Source: the human T2T-CHM13v2.0 reference genome, Homo sapiens
Direction: 5' to 3' (one strand)
DNA length: 64,000 nt
NCBI RefSeq assembly: GCF_009914755.1
Contig: NC_060932.1
The notes beneath the pieces are model-generated. The model saw nothing but the letters and a program-made list of their open reading frames with translations. It was not told the origin of the DNA and searched no databases. The translations under genes and the position numbers were made by a program. Position 1 is the first letter of the stretch. Each line of letters opens with the position of its first letter. Below are positions 39,047-51,530 of the stretch, piece by piece.

Positions 39047-41770
39047 GGAATGCTACTGATTTTTGTATGTTGATGTTTTATACTACAACTTTACTGAATT
39101 TATCAGTTCTAATAGTTTTTTAGGGAAGTCTTTAGGTTTTTCCAAATATAAGATTACATCCTCTGCAAACAAGGATAATTAGACATCTTCCTTTTCAATT
39201 TGTATGGCCTTTATATCTTTATCTTGTCTGATTAATCTAGCTAATACTTCCAGTACTATGTTGAATAATAGCGGTGAAAGTGGGCATCCTTGTCATGTTC
39301 CAAATCTAAGAGAAAAGACTTTTTTCAGTTTTTCCCCATTCAGTATGATACCATCTCTGGGCCTGTCATATATTACCTTTATTATGTTGAAGTATGTTGA
39401 ATTTTATCAAATGCTTTTTCACCATCAGTTGAAATGATTATATGGTTTTTGTCCTTCATTCTGTTGATACAATGCTTCATATTAATTGATTTGCATATGT
39501 GGAACCATTCTTGAATCCCACATGGTTATGATGAATGATCTCTTTAAGATATTGTTGAATTTGGTTTGCTAGTATTTTGTTGAGGATATTTGCATCAATA
39601 TTCATCAGCAATATTGGCCTGAAGTTTTCTGTTTTTGATGTGTCTTTGTCTGTTTTGGTGTCAGGGTAATACTGACCTGTAGAATAAGTTTGGAAGTATT
39701 TGCTCTTCCTCTGTGTTTCAGAACAGTTTGAGTAGGATTGGTGTTAGTCGTTCTTTCAATGTTTGATAGGGTTTAGCAGTGAAGACATTGGGTTCTGGAC
39801 TTTTCTTTACTGGGAGACTTTTTATTAAGGCTTCAATCTCATTCTTCGTTATTGGTCTGTTCAGGGATTGTATTTCTTCATGTTTCAATCACGATAGGTT
39901 GTATGTGTCTAGGAATCTGTTCATTTCTTTTAGATTTCCCAATTTATTGGCACAAAGTTGCTTATAGAAGCCACAAATGATCTTTTGAATTTCTGCCATA
40001 TCAATTGTAATGTTTCATTTTTCATCTGTGATTTTATTTATTTGGATTTTTTTCTCTTTTTTTCATAGTTAGTCTGACTACAGATTTGACAATTTTGTTT
40101 ATCTTTCAAAAAACCAACTTTTTGTTGAATTGATCTTTTGTATTGTTTTCTTCATTTCAATTTCATTTAATTCTTCTCTGATCTTTATTATTGTTTTTTT
40201 TTTACTACTTTTGTGTTTGGTGTTCTGTTGACATTTCTAGTTCTTTAGGATGCATCACTGGGCTGTTTATTTAAAGCTCTTCTTCTTTTTTAATGTAGGC
40301 ACTTGTAGCTATAAATTTTTATCTTTGAACTGTATTTGCTGTATCCCACAGGTTTTGGTATGTTGTGTTTCCAATACCATTTGTTTCGAGAAATTTTCCA
40401 ATTTTCTTCTCAATTTCTTCATTGACCCACTCATCATTCAGGATCATATCGTTTCATTTTCGTGTGTTTGTATAGTTTCCAAAATTCTACTTGTTACTTA
40501 TTTCTAATTTTATTCCACTGTGCTCAGAGAACATACATGACATTATTTCAATTTATTAAATGTTTTAAGACCTGTTTTGTGGCTTAATATGTGATCTATC
40601 TTTAAGAATGATCCACATGCTGAGGAAAAAAATATGTATTTTGTGGCTGTTGGGTGAAACGTTCTGTAACATTACACGAAATATACCTGATATACATATA
40701 GGTCCTTTTGATTTATAGCACAGATTAAGTCTGAAGTTTCTTTGCTGATTTTCTGTCTGAATAATCAGTCCAATGTTGAAAGTGAGGTGTTGAAGTATCC
40801 AGCTATTATTGTGTCCAGGTCTATCTCTCTCCTTAGCTCTAATAATATTTGCTATATATATCTGGGTGCTCCAATGTTGGGTGCATATATATGAACAATT
40901 GTGGTATCCTCTTGCTGAATTGACTCCTTTATCATTATATTACCTTATTTGTCTCTTTCTATAGTTTTATCTTGAAATCTATTTTGTCTGATATAAGTGT
41001 AGCAACTCCTCCTCTTTTTTTGGTTTTAATTTGCATGGAACATATTTTTCCATCCCTTTATTATCAGTCTATGTGTGTCTTTATATGTGAAGTGTGTTTC
41101 TTGTAGGCAACAGATTATTGGGTCTTCCCTTTTTATTCATTTAGCCACTCTATGTCTTTTGACTGGAGAGTTTAGTCCATTTAAATTCAATGTTATTATT
41201 GATAAGTAAGGACTTACTTCTGCCATTTGTTGTTTTCTTGTTTTGTGGTCTTCCTTCCTTCTTTCTTTCCTGTCTTCTTTTACTGAAGCTGACTTTCTCT
41301 GGTAGCTTGATTTAATTTCTTGCTTTTCAATATTTGTATACTTGTTGTGTGCTTGTAGATTTGAGGTTAAAATGAGGCTTGCAAATAATATCTTATAACT
41401 TATTATTTTAAACTAATGCCAGCTTAACAGTGATTGTGTAAACATATAAGCAAAAAGAAAACTAATATAAACTGTACACTTTAACTTTGTTCCCCCAATT
41501 TTTAAGTTTTTGTTGTTTCTATTTACATCTTATTTTACTTTTTACTGTCTATGTCTTAAAAATGTGTTGTAGTTATTATTTTTGATCAGTTCATCTTTTA
41601 GTCTTTCTACTTAAGAGTAGTTTATACATCAAAATTACAGTGTTATAATATTCTCTATTTTCTGTGTACTTACTTTTACCAGTGAGTTTTGTGCTTTCAG
41701 ATTCAGATGATTTTTTATTGCTTATTAACATCTTTTTTTTCAGATTGGAGAATTGCCTTTAGCATTTCTT

Positions 41771-41809
41771 CTTTTTTTTATTATTATACTTTAAGTTTTA
41801 GGGTACATG
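41771..41809 (-). mobile_element. Ultra-short young L1PA 3' terminus with TSD
   Basis: ttttttttattattatactttaagttttagggtacatg between two copies of tgcctttagcatttctt. Confidence 0.92.
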
Positions 41810-42491
41810 TGCCTTTAGCATTTCTTATAGGTCAGGTCTGGTGTTGATAAAATCCCTCAGGTTTGTTTGTCTGGGAAGGTCTTTATTTCTCTTTCATGCT
41901 TGAAAGATATTTTCACTGGATATACTATTCTAGGAAAAAAGGTGTTTTTTTCTTTGTTTGTTTTGGTTTGCTTTGTTTTGTTCTTCTTCAGCACTTTAAG
42001 TATACCATGTCAGTCTCTCCTGATCTAAAAGGCTTCCACTGGGAAGTCTGCTGCCAGCTATATTGGAGCTCCATTGTATGCTATTTGTTTCTTTTCTCTT
42101 GCTGCTTTTAGGATCTTCTCTGTGTCCTTGATCTTTGAGAGTTTGATTGTTAAATGTCTTGAGGCAGTCTTTTTTGGGTTAAACCTGCTGGTGTTCTATA
42201 ATCTTCTTGTATTTGAATATTGATATATTTCTCTAGGTTTGGAAAGTTCTCTGCTCTTATTCCTTTGAATAAATGTTCTATTCCTATCTCTCTTTCTACT
42301 CCCTCCTTAATGGCAGTAACTCTTAGACTTGCCCTTTTGGGGTTATTTTCTAGATCTTGTAGGCATGCTTCATTGTTTTTTATTCTTATTTCTTTTGTCT
42401 CTTCTAACTATATATTTTCAAATAGCCTGTCTTCAAGCTCACTAATTCTTTCTTCTGCTTGATCAATTCTGCTATTAAGATACTTTGCTGT

Positions 42492-42778
42492 GACCAGGCA
42501 AAGTGACTCATGCCTGTAATCCCAGCATTTTGGGAGGCCAAGGAAGCAGATTGCCTGAGGTCAGGAGTTTGAGACCAGCCTGGCTAACATGGTAAAATCC
42601 CATCTCTACTTAAAATACAAAAATAAGCCAGGGGTGGTGGCACATGCCTGCAGTTCCAGCCACTCGGGGGGCTGAGGCAGGAGAATTGCTTGAACCTGGG
42701 AAACGGAGGTTGCAAGATTGCACCACTGCACTCCAGCCTGGGCAACAGAGCAAGACTTGCCTGGAAAAAAAAAAAAAA
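42492..42778 (+). mobile_element. AluSx-like inserted in L1
   Basis: Full dimer; near-TSD aagatactttg/aagatactctg. Confidence 0.93.
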
Positions 42779-44239
42779 GATACTCTGATACATTCTTCAA
42801 TATGTCATTTGCATTTTTCAACTCCAAAATTTCCACTAGATTCTTTCACTTATTTCAATCTCTTTGTTAAATATATATAATGGGATTCTGAATTCCTTCT
42901 CTGTGTTTTGTTGAATTTCCTCAGGTTCCCTCAAAACAGCTATTTTGAATTCTCTGTCTGAAAGGTCGTATATCTCTGTTTCTCCAGGATTGCTCCCTGG
43001 TGACTTATTTAGTTCATTTGGTGAAGTCTTGTTTTCTTGGATGCTGTGGATGATTGTAAATGTTCTTTGGTGTCTGGGCATTAAAGAATTAGGTATTTAT
43101 TATAGTCTTCTCAGATTGGGCTTGTTTGTGCCTGTCCTTCTTGGGAAGACTTACTTGTACCCTAAGCCAAATAATGCTGTTGATTTTACAGACTCATAGA
43201 GGTACTATGTTGGAGGTCTTGGAAAAGATCCAGAAAAATTCTCTCAATTACCAGCCAGTGTCTTGGTGTTTTCCTTTATTTTCTCAGAAACAAGCAGAGT
43301 CTCTTTCTCCCTGTGTTGAGCCACCAGGAACTAGGGATGTGGTGATGCAAGCACCTCTGTGGCCACCACCACTGGGACTGTGCTGGGTCAGACCTGAAGC
43401 CAGCACAGTACTTAGCCTTACCCAAAGCCCTTATCTTCAGGGTGGCAAGATCCCCAGTCCCTGAACATGTCCAGAGATGCTATCTGGGAGCCAGGGATTG
43501 GACTCAAAACTCAAAAACTTTAGCAATTTACCAGGTGTTCTATTCTACTACAGCTAAGCTGGTGCTTAAATCGAATACTGGGGTTTGAAGAGGAAAGGCA
43601 CAAGTCTTCCCTTAGCTATTCCAGCTAGTGTCTCCTTAGGTAACATGTCACCCTAACCCACCTGCTCTAAGCCCAGCCTAGCACTAGGATTTGCCTAGCA
43701 ATTGCAGTCTTTGTATCCTATACTGCCTTTCAAGTTTACCTAGGACCCCAGAGCCCTTCAGCCTATGATGGCAAGGCTTGCAGAGAAACTTCCAACTGCT
43801 GGGATGGGCCATTCCTCTCCAGCTAGGGCTGGTAAATATTTTCCCTCCTTGTGCCGGCCCTGGCTAATCCCAATATGGTTTTATTCTCTGCTGTAGCAGG
43901 GCAGCACTGAGTTCGATGTAAAGTCCCTCAGTTGCTGTGCTCTTCCTCCCCAAGATACACAGATTCTGTCTCCACAGTGCATGGCATTGGCAATTTATGC
44001 CACAGTTGTTGGCATTGGCAATTTATGACTGTCTCTTCGGCCCTCCTCAATACTCTTTCCACAATATAAAGTTTAAACCAGGTACTGTGATTGTTCACAT
44101 GATTTTTGGTTCTTGTAAGGGTGCTTTTCTGCATGTGGTTGGTTGTTAAAATTTGGTATTCCAGCATGTGGTCGGGGTAGGAGGGATGAACAGTACTGTG
44201 AGCTTCTATTCTGCCCTCTTGCTCTGCCCCCAAATCTCC

Positions 44240-47200
44240 TTGTTTTGGCTTGCATTTCCCTCTTTAGTTCCTGGTATATTTTGAACAACATTCCCTTGTA
44301 GGATATGCCTTTTGAAAATATTTTTTGGAAATATTTTTCCCCAATATATGGCTTCTCTTCTCATTTCCTTGAGAGTGTCAATTGTAGAGCAGATATGTTT
44401 AATTTTGCTGAACTCTAGCTTATCAATAATTTCTTTCATGAACCATGCCTCTGGTTATATATCTAAAAAGTCATCACCAAATGTAAGGTCATTTAGATTG
44501 TCTTCTGTTATTCCTAGAATTTTTGTAAACTTGTGATTTACATTTAGGTGTATGATCCCTTTTGCATTAATTGTGTGTGTGTGCATTTTATACATATATA
44601 TATATATATATATAGACAGAGAGAGAGAGAATACTGTGTGTGTAATACACACACACACACAGACACAGATAGATCAATAGAACAGAATAAATAACCCAGA
44701 AATAGACCCACACAAATATATGCATATATACATATATAAATATATATATGTATATCTTGATTACTGTAGTTATATGGCAAGTCATAAAGTTAGGCAGTGT
44801 CAGTCAATCCTTCAACTTTGTTCTACAATATTGTATTGCCCATTGTGTATCTTCTGTTTTCCAATCTTAACTTTAGAATCAGTGTGGTAATATTCAAAAT
44901 ATAACTCTCTAAGGCTTCTACTGGAATTGTAATAAATCTATAAATAAAATAGCAAAGAATTGACATCTTGACAATTGAGTCTATCCATAAATAGAAAACA
45001 ATACTTTATTAATTTAGTTGTTTTTAAATTAATTTCATTCAAGTTTCATAGTTTTTCTAATATAGATCTTGAACATTTTTAAAAAGATTTATGCTGAAAT
45101 ATTTCATCTTTGGGGTGCTAATGTAAATGATATTGCATCTTTAATTTCAAACTGCACTAGGTCATTCATGGTATATAGAAAAGTGATTAAAATTTATATA
45201 TTAACTTCATATCCTGCAAGCTTGCTATATTACTTATTAGTTCTAGGAGTTATTTTGTCAATTATAGTATTTTCTATGTACACTATCAAGCTTGCAAACA
45301 AAGAAAACTTGTTAAAACTTGCTTAAAAAGCTTGCAAACAAAACGTTCTTCAAATCAGTACACCTTTTATTTCCTTTTCACATAGTATTGCATTAGCTAG
45401 GACTTCCTGTATGATTTTTAAAAGGAATGGTGATAGGAAACATCTTTGCCTTGTTCCTGATCTCAGTGGAAAAGCTTTTGGTTTTCTACCATTATGTGTG
45501 ATGTCAGTTATTCTGTAAATGTTCTTTTTCAAGTTCAGGAGGTTTTCCTCTATTTCTAGCTTGCTGAGAGTTTTCTTCATGAACAGATGTTAAATTTTAT
45601 CATACTTTTTTTTGTGTACACATAGATAAGATCATGTGATTTTTTATTAGCTTGTGAATATGATAAATTACAATAATTAATTTTAAAATGATGAAACAGC
45701 TTTGGAGCCTGAAATGAATTCCAAGTGGCTGTAGTGTATAGTTGTATACACTGTTGGATTTTATTTGCTGTCATTTTGTTCACTGTCTTTGCCTGTAATT
45801 TTCTATTCTTGTAATGTCTTTATATTGTTTTTGTATTAGTGTAATACCTGCCTCAAATGAGTTGGAAAATATTTTCTCCAATTCTGCCTTCTGGAAATGC
45901 TTGTAGAAAATTGGTATAATTTCTTCCTAAAATGTTTGGTAGAATTAATTTGGTAGAAGCGTTTTGCTTCCTGCTTGGAAAGGTTATTAATTATTGCTTC
46001 AATTTCTTTTATAGGTATAGGACTATTCAGAATGACTGTTTCTTCTTGTGTGAGTTCTGGCAAATTGTATCTTTCAAGAAATCAGCCCGTTTCACCAACA
46101 TTGTCAAATTTGTGGGCAGAGAGTTGTTATTTTATAGTATTTTTTGTTATTCCTTTAATTTCCATGTGATCTATACTTATGTCTCCTCTTTCATGTCTGA
46201 TATTAGTAATTTGTGTCTTGTCTCTTTTTTTTATTCCTAGTTAGCCTAGCTACTGTTTTACTAATTTTATTGATCTTTTCCAAGAATCAGCTCTTTAAAA
46301 AAATTTTCTCTATTGATTTTTTTTTCATTTTCACAGGCTTTTGCTCTAAGTTTATTATTTTCTTCCAGTTACATTGAATTTCATTTACTCTTATTTTTCT
46401 AATTTTCTAAAGTGGATACTAATATTATTGATTTTGAGCTCACTTTTGTTCTGCAAATGCAGTATATGTCCTAAATTTCCTTCTAAGCACTGCTATCTCT
46501 ACATCCCACACACTTTGAAAAGTGGCGTTTTTATTTTTATTTACTTTGTTTGAAATATTTTTAATATCTTTTGATCTTTCTTTTTTGAGCCATGTTTTCT
46601 TTAGAAGAGTGTTGTTTAATCCTCAAGTGTTTTGTGATTTTCTAGATATCTTTCTGTTATTGATTTCTAGTTTAGTTCCATTGTAGTGTGAGAGCATATA
46701 TTGTATGATTTCTGTTCTTTTAAATATTTTAAGTTGTGTTTTATGGCCCAGAATCTGGTCTAACTTTGTTAATGTCCCATGTGAGCTTGAGAAGAATGTT
46801 GTGAATACCAATTAGATCCACTTGATTGATGGTTAATATTGAGTTCAACTATAAGCTTACTGCCTTTATGTTTCCTGGGTCTGTCCATCTCTGGTAGAGG
46901 GGTGTTTAAGTTGCAAAGATAATAGCGAATTCACCCTTTTCTCCTTGCAGGTCTATCCATTTTGCCTTACATATTTTGATACTTTGCTGTTAGACACATA
47001 CACACTAAAGACTATTAAATCTTTTTAGAGAGCTAATCCCTTTACTATGGTTCAGTACTTTACTCCTGTTACTTTTTCTTGCTTTTTAGTCTGCTGTCTC
47101 TGAAATAAGTCTTTCTACCCCAGCTTTCTTTTGATTTGTATAAACATTGTATGTCTTTCTGTATCCTCTTACTTTGAATTGTGTGTATCTTCATATTTAA

Positions 47201-48007
47201 GTGGGTCTATTATAAAAAACATATAGTTGATTTTTATATTTTTATCCACTCTGACAACCTGTGTTTTAATTGGTATGTTTAGACCATTGACATTATACTG
47301 GTTATTGATACCATTAGATAAATGTCTATAATATTTATTGTTATTTCTATTCATTGCCCTTCTTCTTTGTTTCATTTTTGTCTTCCATTCTGTTTCTGCA
47401 TTTTTTATTTCAATTGCACATTTTATATGCTTCCATTTACTCTCCATTCTTAACATGTCAGCTCCTTATTTTTTCACTTATTTTTAAAGTGGTTTTAGAG
47501 TTTGCAATATACATTTACACTGAATCTAAAGCAACTTCAAATAACTACTTCTCTTCACAGATAGTTCAAATACCTTCTAATAACAAAATATTCCTAATTC
47601 CTCTATCTCATTTCTTTTATCTTTGTTGTCATTCATTTCACTTATATATAACCTATTATTATGAAACACATTGTTGCTATTATTATTTTAACAAACGTTT
47701 TGCTGTTAGATTGATTAATAATAATAAAAATAAAAGTTTTATTCTACCTTCACTTATACCTTTTGTAATTATTTTTCTTTATGCAGATCCGAGTTTCTGA
47801 TCTATATCATTTTACTCACTCTTAAGAACTTCTTTTAGCATATTTTGCAAGACAGGGCTATTGGCAACAAATTCTCTGAACTTTTGTTAGACTGAGAAAA
47901 TTTTAGCTTTCACTTTTGAAGGATAATTTTGCAAGATTCAGAGTACTAACTTCATGCTTTTGTCTGTCAACTTTAAATATTTCACTCCACTCTTCTTGCT
48001 TACATGG
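44240..48007 (-). mobile_element. Older L1M (ORF2 through inter-ORF region); continues briefly after 50613
   Basis: Minus-strand peptides FPLRSGTRQRC.LSP.L..I..EVLANAI, FFSSSHGT.TK.D..LGHK..L and L.QEE...LN.PI..KEIE.IINNL are L1 ORF2p-like. Confidence 0.88.
44572..44757. repeat. Compound (TG)/(TA)/(GA)/(CA) microsatellites enclosing an inverted L1 piece
   Basis: Directly visible. Confidence 0.85.
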
Positions 48008-50613
48008 TGTATTAGTTTTTTTTTGATGCTGCTGTAAAGTAATACCCGAGACTGGGTAAAGGATAAAGGTTTAATTGACCTACAGTTCTGCATGGCTGGG
48101 AGGCCTCAGGAAACTTACAATGGTGGAAGGGGAAAGAGAAGCAAACACTTTCTTCACAAGGCAGCAGGACAGAGAGAGCATGTGTGAAGGAGGTACTGTC
48201 AAACACTTATAAAACCATCAGATCTCATGAGAATTCACTCACTATCATGAGAACAGCATAGGAGAAACCACCTCATGATCCATTCACCTCCCTCCCTCAG
48301 CATGTGGGGATTACAGGTCCTTCCCTAGATGTGTGGATTTTATAATGTGAGGTGAGATTTGGGTTGGGACACAGAACCAAACGATATCATTCTGCCCATG
48401 GCCCCTCCCAAATCTCATGTATTTTCACATTTCAAAACACAATCATACCTTCCCAACAGTCCCAAAAATTCTTAACTTATTTCATCATTAATTCAGAAAT
48501 CCAAGTTCAAATTATCATCTCAGACAAGGCAAGTCCCTTCTACCTGTGAACCTGTAAAGTCAAAAACAAGTTAGGTACTTCCAAGACACAATGTGGGTGT
48601 AAGCATTGGATAAATACTTCCATTCCAAATGGGAGAAATTGGCCAAAACAAAAGAGCTATAAGTCCCATGTGAGTCTGAAATCCAGCAGAGCAGTCATTA
48701 AGTCTTAAAGCTCCAAAATAATCTTTTACTCCATGTCTCACATCCAGGTCACACTGATGTAAAAGTTGGGCTCCCACCCTGTGGCACTGCAGGGTTCAAC
48801 CTCCCCGATACCCTCCCCTGGCTGCTTTCACAGCTGGCATTGTCTGTCTATGGCTTTTCCAGGTACACAGTGCAAGCTGTCATTCTGGGGTATGGAGGAC
48901 AGTGGCCCCCTTCTTACAGCTCCATTAGGCAGGATTTCAGTGGAAACTATGTGTGGGGGCTCCAACTCCACATTTTTCTTCTGTATTGCCCTAGTAGAGG
49001 CTTTCCATGAGGGCTCCACTCCTGCAGCAGACTTCTGCCTGGACATCCGCGCATTCCCAAACATCCTCTGAAATCTAGGTGGAGGTTCCCAAACCTCAAT
49101 TCTTGACTTCTGTGTACCTGCAGGCAAAACACCACGTAGAAGCTTCCAAGATTTGGCCCTTGCACCCTCTAAAGCAACAGCCCAAGTTGTACCCTGACCC
49201 CTTTTAGCCACACTAGAGCTGTAGTGGCTCAAATGCAGGGCACGAGATCCCAAGGCTACACACAGCAGCCAGGTCCTGGGCCTGGTCCACAAAATCATTT
49301 TTCCTCCTAGACTTCCATGCCTGCAATGTGAGGGGCTGCCACCAAGATCTCTGACAAGCCCTCGAGACATTTTTCCCATTGTCTTAGTGATTAGCATATG
49401 GCTCCTCCTTACTTATGCAAATTTCTGCAGCTGGCTTGAATTTCTCCCTAGAAATTTTTTTTTTCTATTGCATCGTCAGGTTGCAAATTTTCCAAACTTT
49501 TATGCTCTGCTTCCTTTTTAAACATAAGTTCCAATTTCAGATCATCTCTTTCCAGTAAAATTTCCACAGATCTCTAAGGCAGGGGCAATTTGCCACCAGT
49601 CTGTTTGCTACAGCACAGCAAGAGTGACATTTGCTCCAGTTCCCAAGAAGTTCCGCGTATCCATTTGAGACCACCTCAGCCTGGACTTCATTGTCCACAT
49701 CTAATATGGTTTGGCTGTGTCCCCACACAAATTTCATCCCATAATCCCCAAATGTGGTGGGACTCAGTTGGAAGTAATTGAATCATGGGGGTGGTTACCC
49801 TCATGCTGTTCCTGTGATAGTGAGTGAGTTCACATGAGATCTGATGTTTTTATAAGGGGATTTCTCCCCTTTTGCTTGGCACTTCTCCTTCCTGCTGCCA
49901 CATGAGAAAGGATCTGTTTGTTTCCCCTTCCACTGTGATTATACATTTTCTGAGGCCTCCCCAGCCTTGCTGAACTGTGAGTCAATTAAAGCTCTTTTCT
50001 TTATAAATTAACCAGTGTCAGGTTTGTCTTTATTTGCAGCATGAGAACAGACTAATACAACATCATCATCCGCATTTTGGTCAACACCATTCAAAAAATC
50101 TCTAGAAAGTTTCAAACTTTCTCACATCTTCCTACCTTCTTCTCACCCTCCAAACTGTTTCAACCTCTTCCTGTTACCCAGTTCCAAAGTTGCTTCTACA
50201 ATTTCAGGTTATCTTTACAGCAGTACCCCACTATCCCAGTACCAATTTACTATATTAATCTGTTTTCACAGTGCTATAAAGAAATACCTGAGACTGGGTA
50301 ATTGATAAAGGAAAGAGGTTTCATTGACTCACAGTTCCACATGGCTGGGGAGGCCTCAGGAAACTTACAATCATGGAAGAAGGGGAAGGGGGCGCAGTAA
50401 ACTTCTTCACGAGGTGGCAGGACAGACAGCATGTGGGGAGGAGGAACTGACAAACACTTATAAAACCATTCGATCTTGTAAGAACTCACTCACTATCACA
50501 AGAACAGAATAGGAAAAACTGCCTCCATGATCCAACCACCTCCCTCCCTTGACATGTGAGGATTAACAATTCGAGATAAGATTTGGGTGGGGACATAGAG
50601 CTAAACCATATCA
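48008..50613 (-). mobile_element. Complete MaLR provirus (MSTA/THE1D-like): LTR 48008-48389, internal region, LTR 50251-50613
   Basis: Two similar LTRs (t[g/a]tatta...atatca); internal region starts GTAAATTGGTACT on the minus strand; flanks catgg/tgtga compatible with a CpG-decayed 5-bp TSD. Confidence 0.92.
49702..50059 (+). mobile_element. THE1 (C/D-like) solo LTR nested in the MaLR internal region
   Basis: taatatggtttggctgtgtcccca...gaacagactaataca; perfect TSD acatc (49697-49701/50060-50064). Confidence 0.92.
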
Positions 50614-50939
50614 TGTGATTTCTGAGGAGAAACAGGATATAATTCTTTTTTTTGCTTCTCTACAGGTAATATTTTTCTAGCTATTTTCCAAAATGTGTTT
50701 CTATATTTTTTATTTTCTAAAATATAAATATGGTGCACTAGGTATTTATCATGTGTGTGTGTATGTGCACATTTGTACGTACATGCTATATAACTGTCAG
50801 GGAAATCATCGGCTAGTAGAAATTGAAATAGCACACAGACAGGTGGGCAGACACATGTGGTACGCTTGTTGTATTTTTTACTAAGTGTGTCTTTACAGCA
50901 GCACACCTTGTGGGGCTGGTGTACCCTCTAAAGTAAAGT

Positions 50940-51530
50940 GAAGGGTGTCTAGGACATCTGATTTTGACTGAGGGAATCAGAAGAAAAATCTCTGATACAG
51001 TTTGCATGAACTTGAGACCAAAACGATCTTTAATTAGTGTTCCAAGCTAGAGAAACAGCCCTGAGTGAGGAAAAGGCATGGTATTTTTGGAAATTTAAGG
51101 AGAGCTAGCAAGTCTGGAAGAATCAAACAAGAGAAGAAATCCTGCAGCTGAGAATCAGATGATACAGTGTCCATGGTCAGAATTTTTCCATTTCAGTCTA
51201 AATTTACTGAGAAGCCATTGGCAATATTCAAGCATAGTCTTGGCAGGTGAGTGCTTCATCTGGGTACTTATGGACAATAGACTGAATGATGTGGTTAAGA
51301 GAAGTATCTGCATGAGAGATAGCAGTAGCTTGAATCACATGGTGCTTGCTGGCATAGAGAAGGATACTGAATCAAGGTATAGTTTGAAGGTACAATGGAC
51401 AGATTTGCCAGGAGATTCTGTGAGTGAGAGGGAAGATTTCTCAATTTCTTTACGTCAGAACTTATAATGAGAACAACTGGGTAGCTGAAGATGCTATAAT
51501 CTAAAGTGGAGAAGACAGCAGAAAAAAGTG
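50940..51530 (-). mobile_element. L2 relic
   Basis: Purine-rich L2-like sequence (gaagccattggcaatattcaagca; gtttgaaggtacaatggacagatttgc). Confidence 0.55.

Larger units (their letters stand above)
39047..44231 (-). mobile_element. L1 (L1PB/L1MA age) with 5' end, ORF1 and 5' part of ORF2; 3'-truncated
   Basis: Minus-strand start gggggcagagcaagagggcagaatagaagc; ORF1-like peptide ETEIYDLSDREFKIAVLR; antisense ORF2 endonuclease/RT sequence. Confidence 0.9.

Noticed and set aside
47354-47800. 148-aa hydrophobic ORF
   Set aside because: Antisense reading of T-rich L1 sequence giving a spurious F/L/I-rich peptide
48828-49397. Longest ORF (189 aa, minus strand)
   Set aside because: Lies entirely in MaLR internal sequence; a typical decayed repeat ORF with no evidence for a host gene
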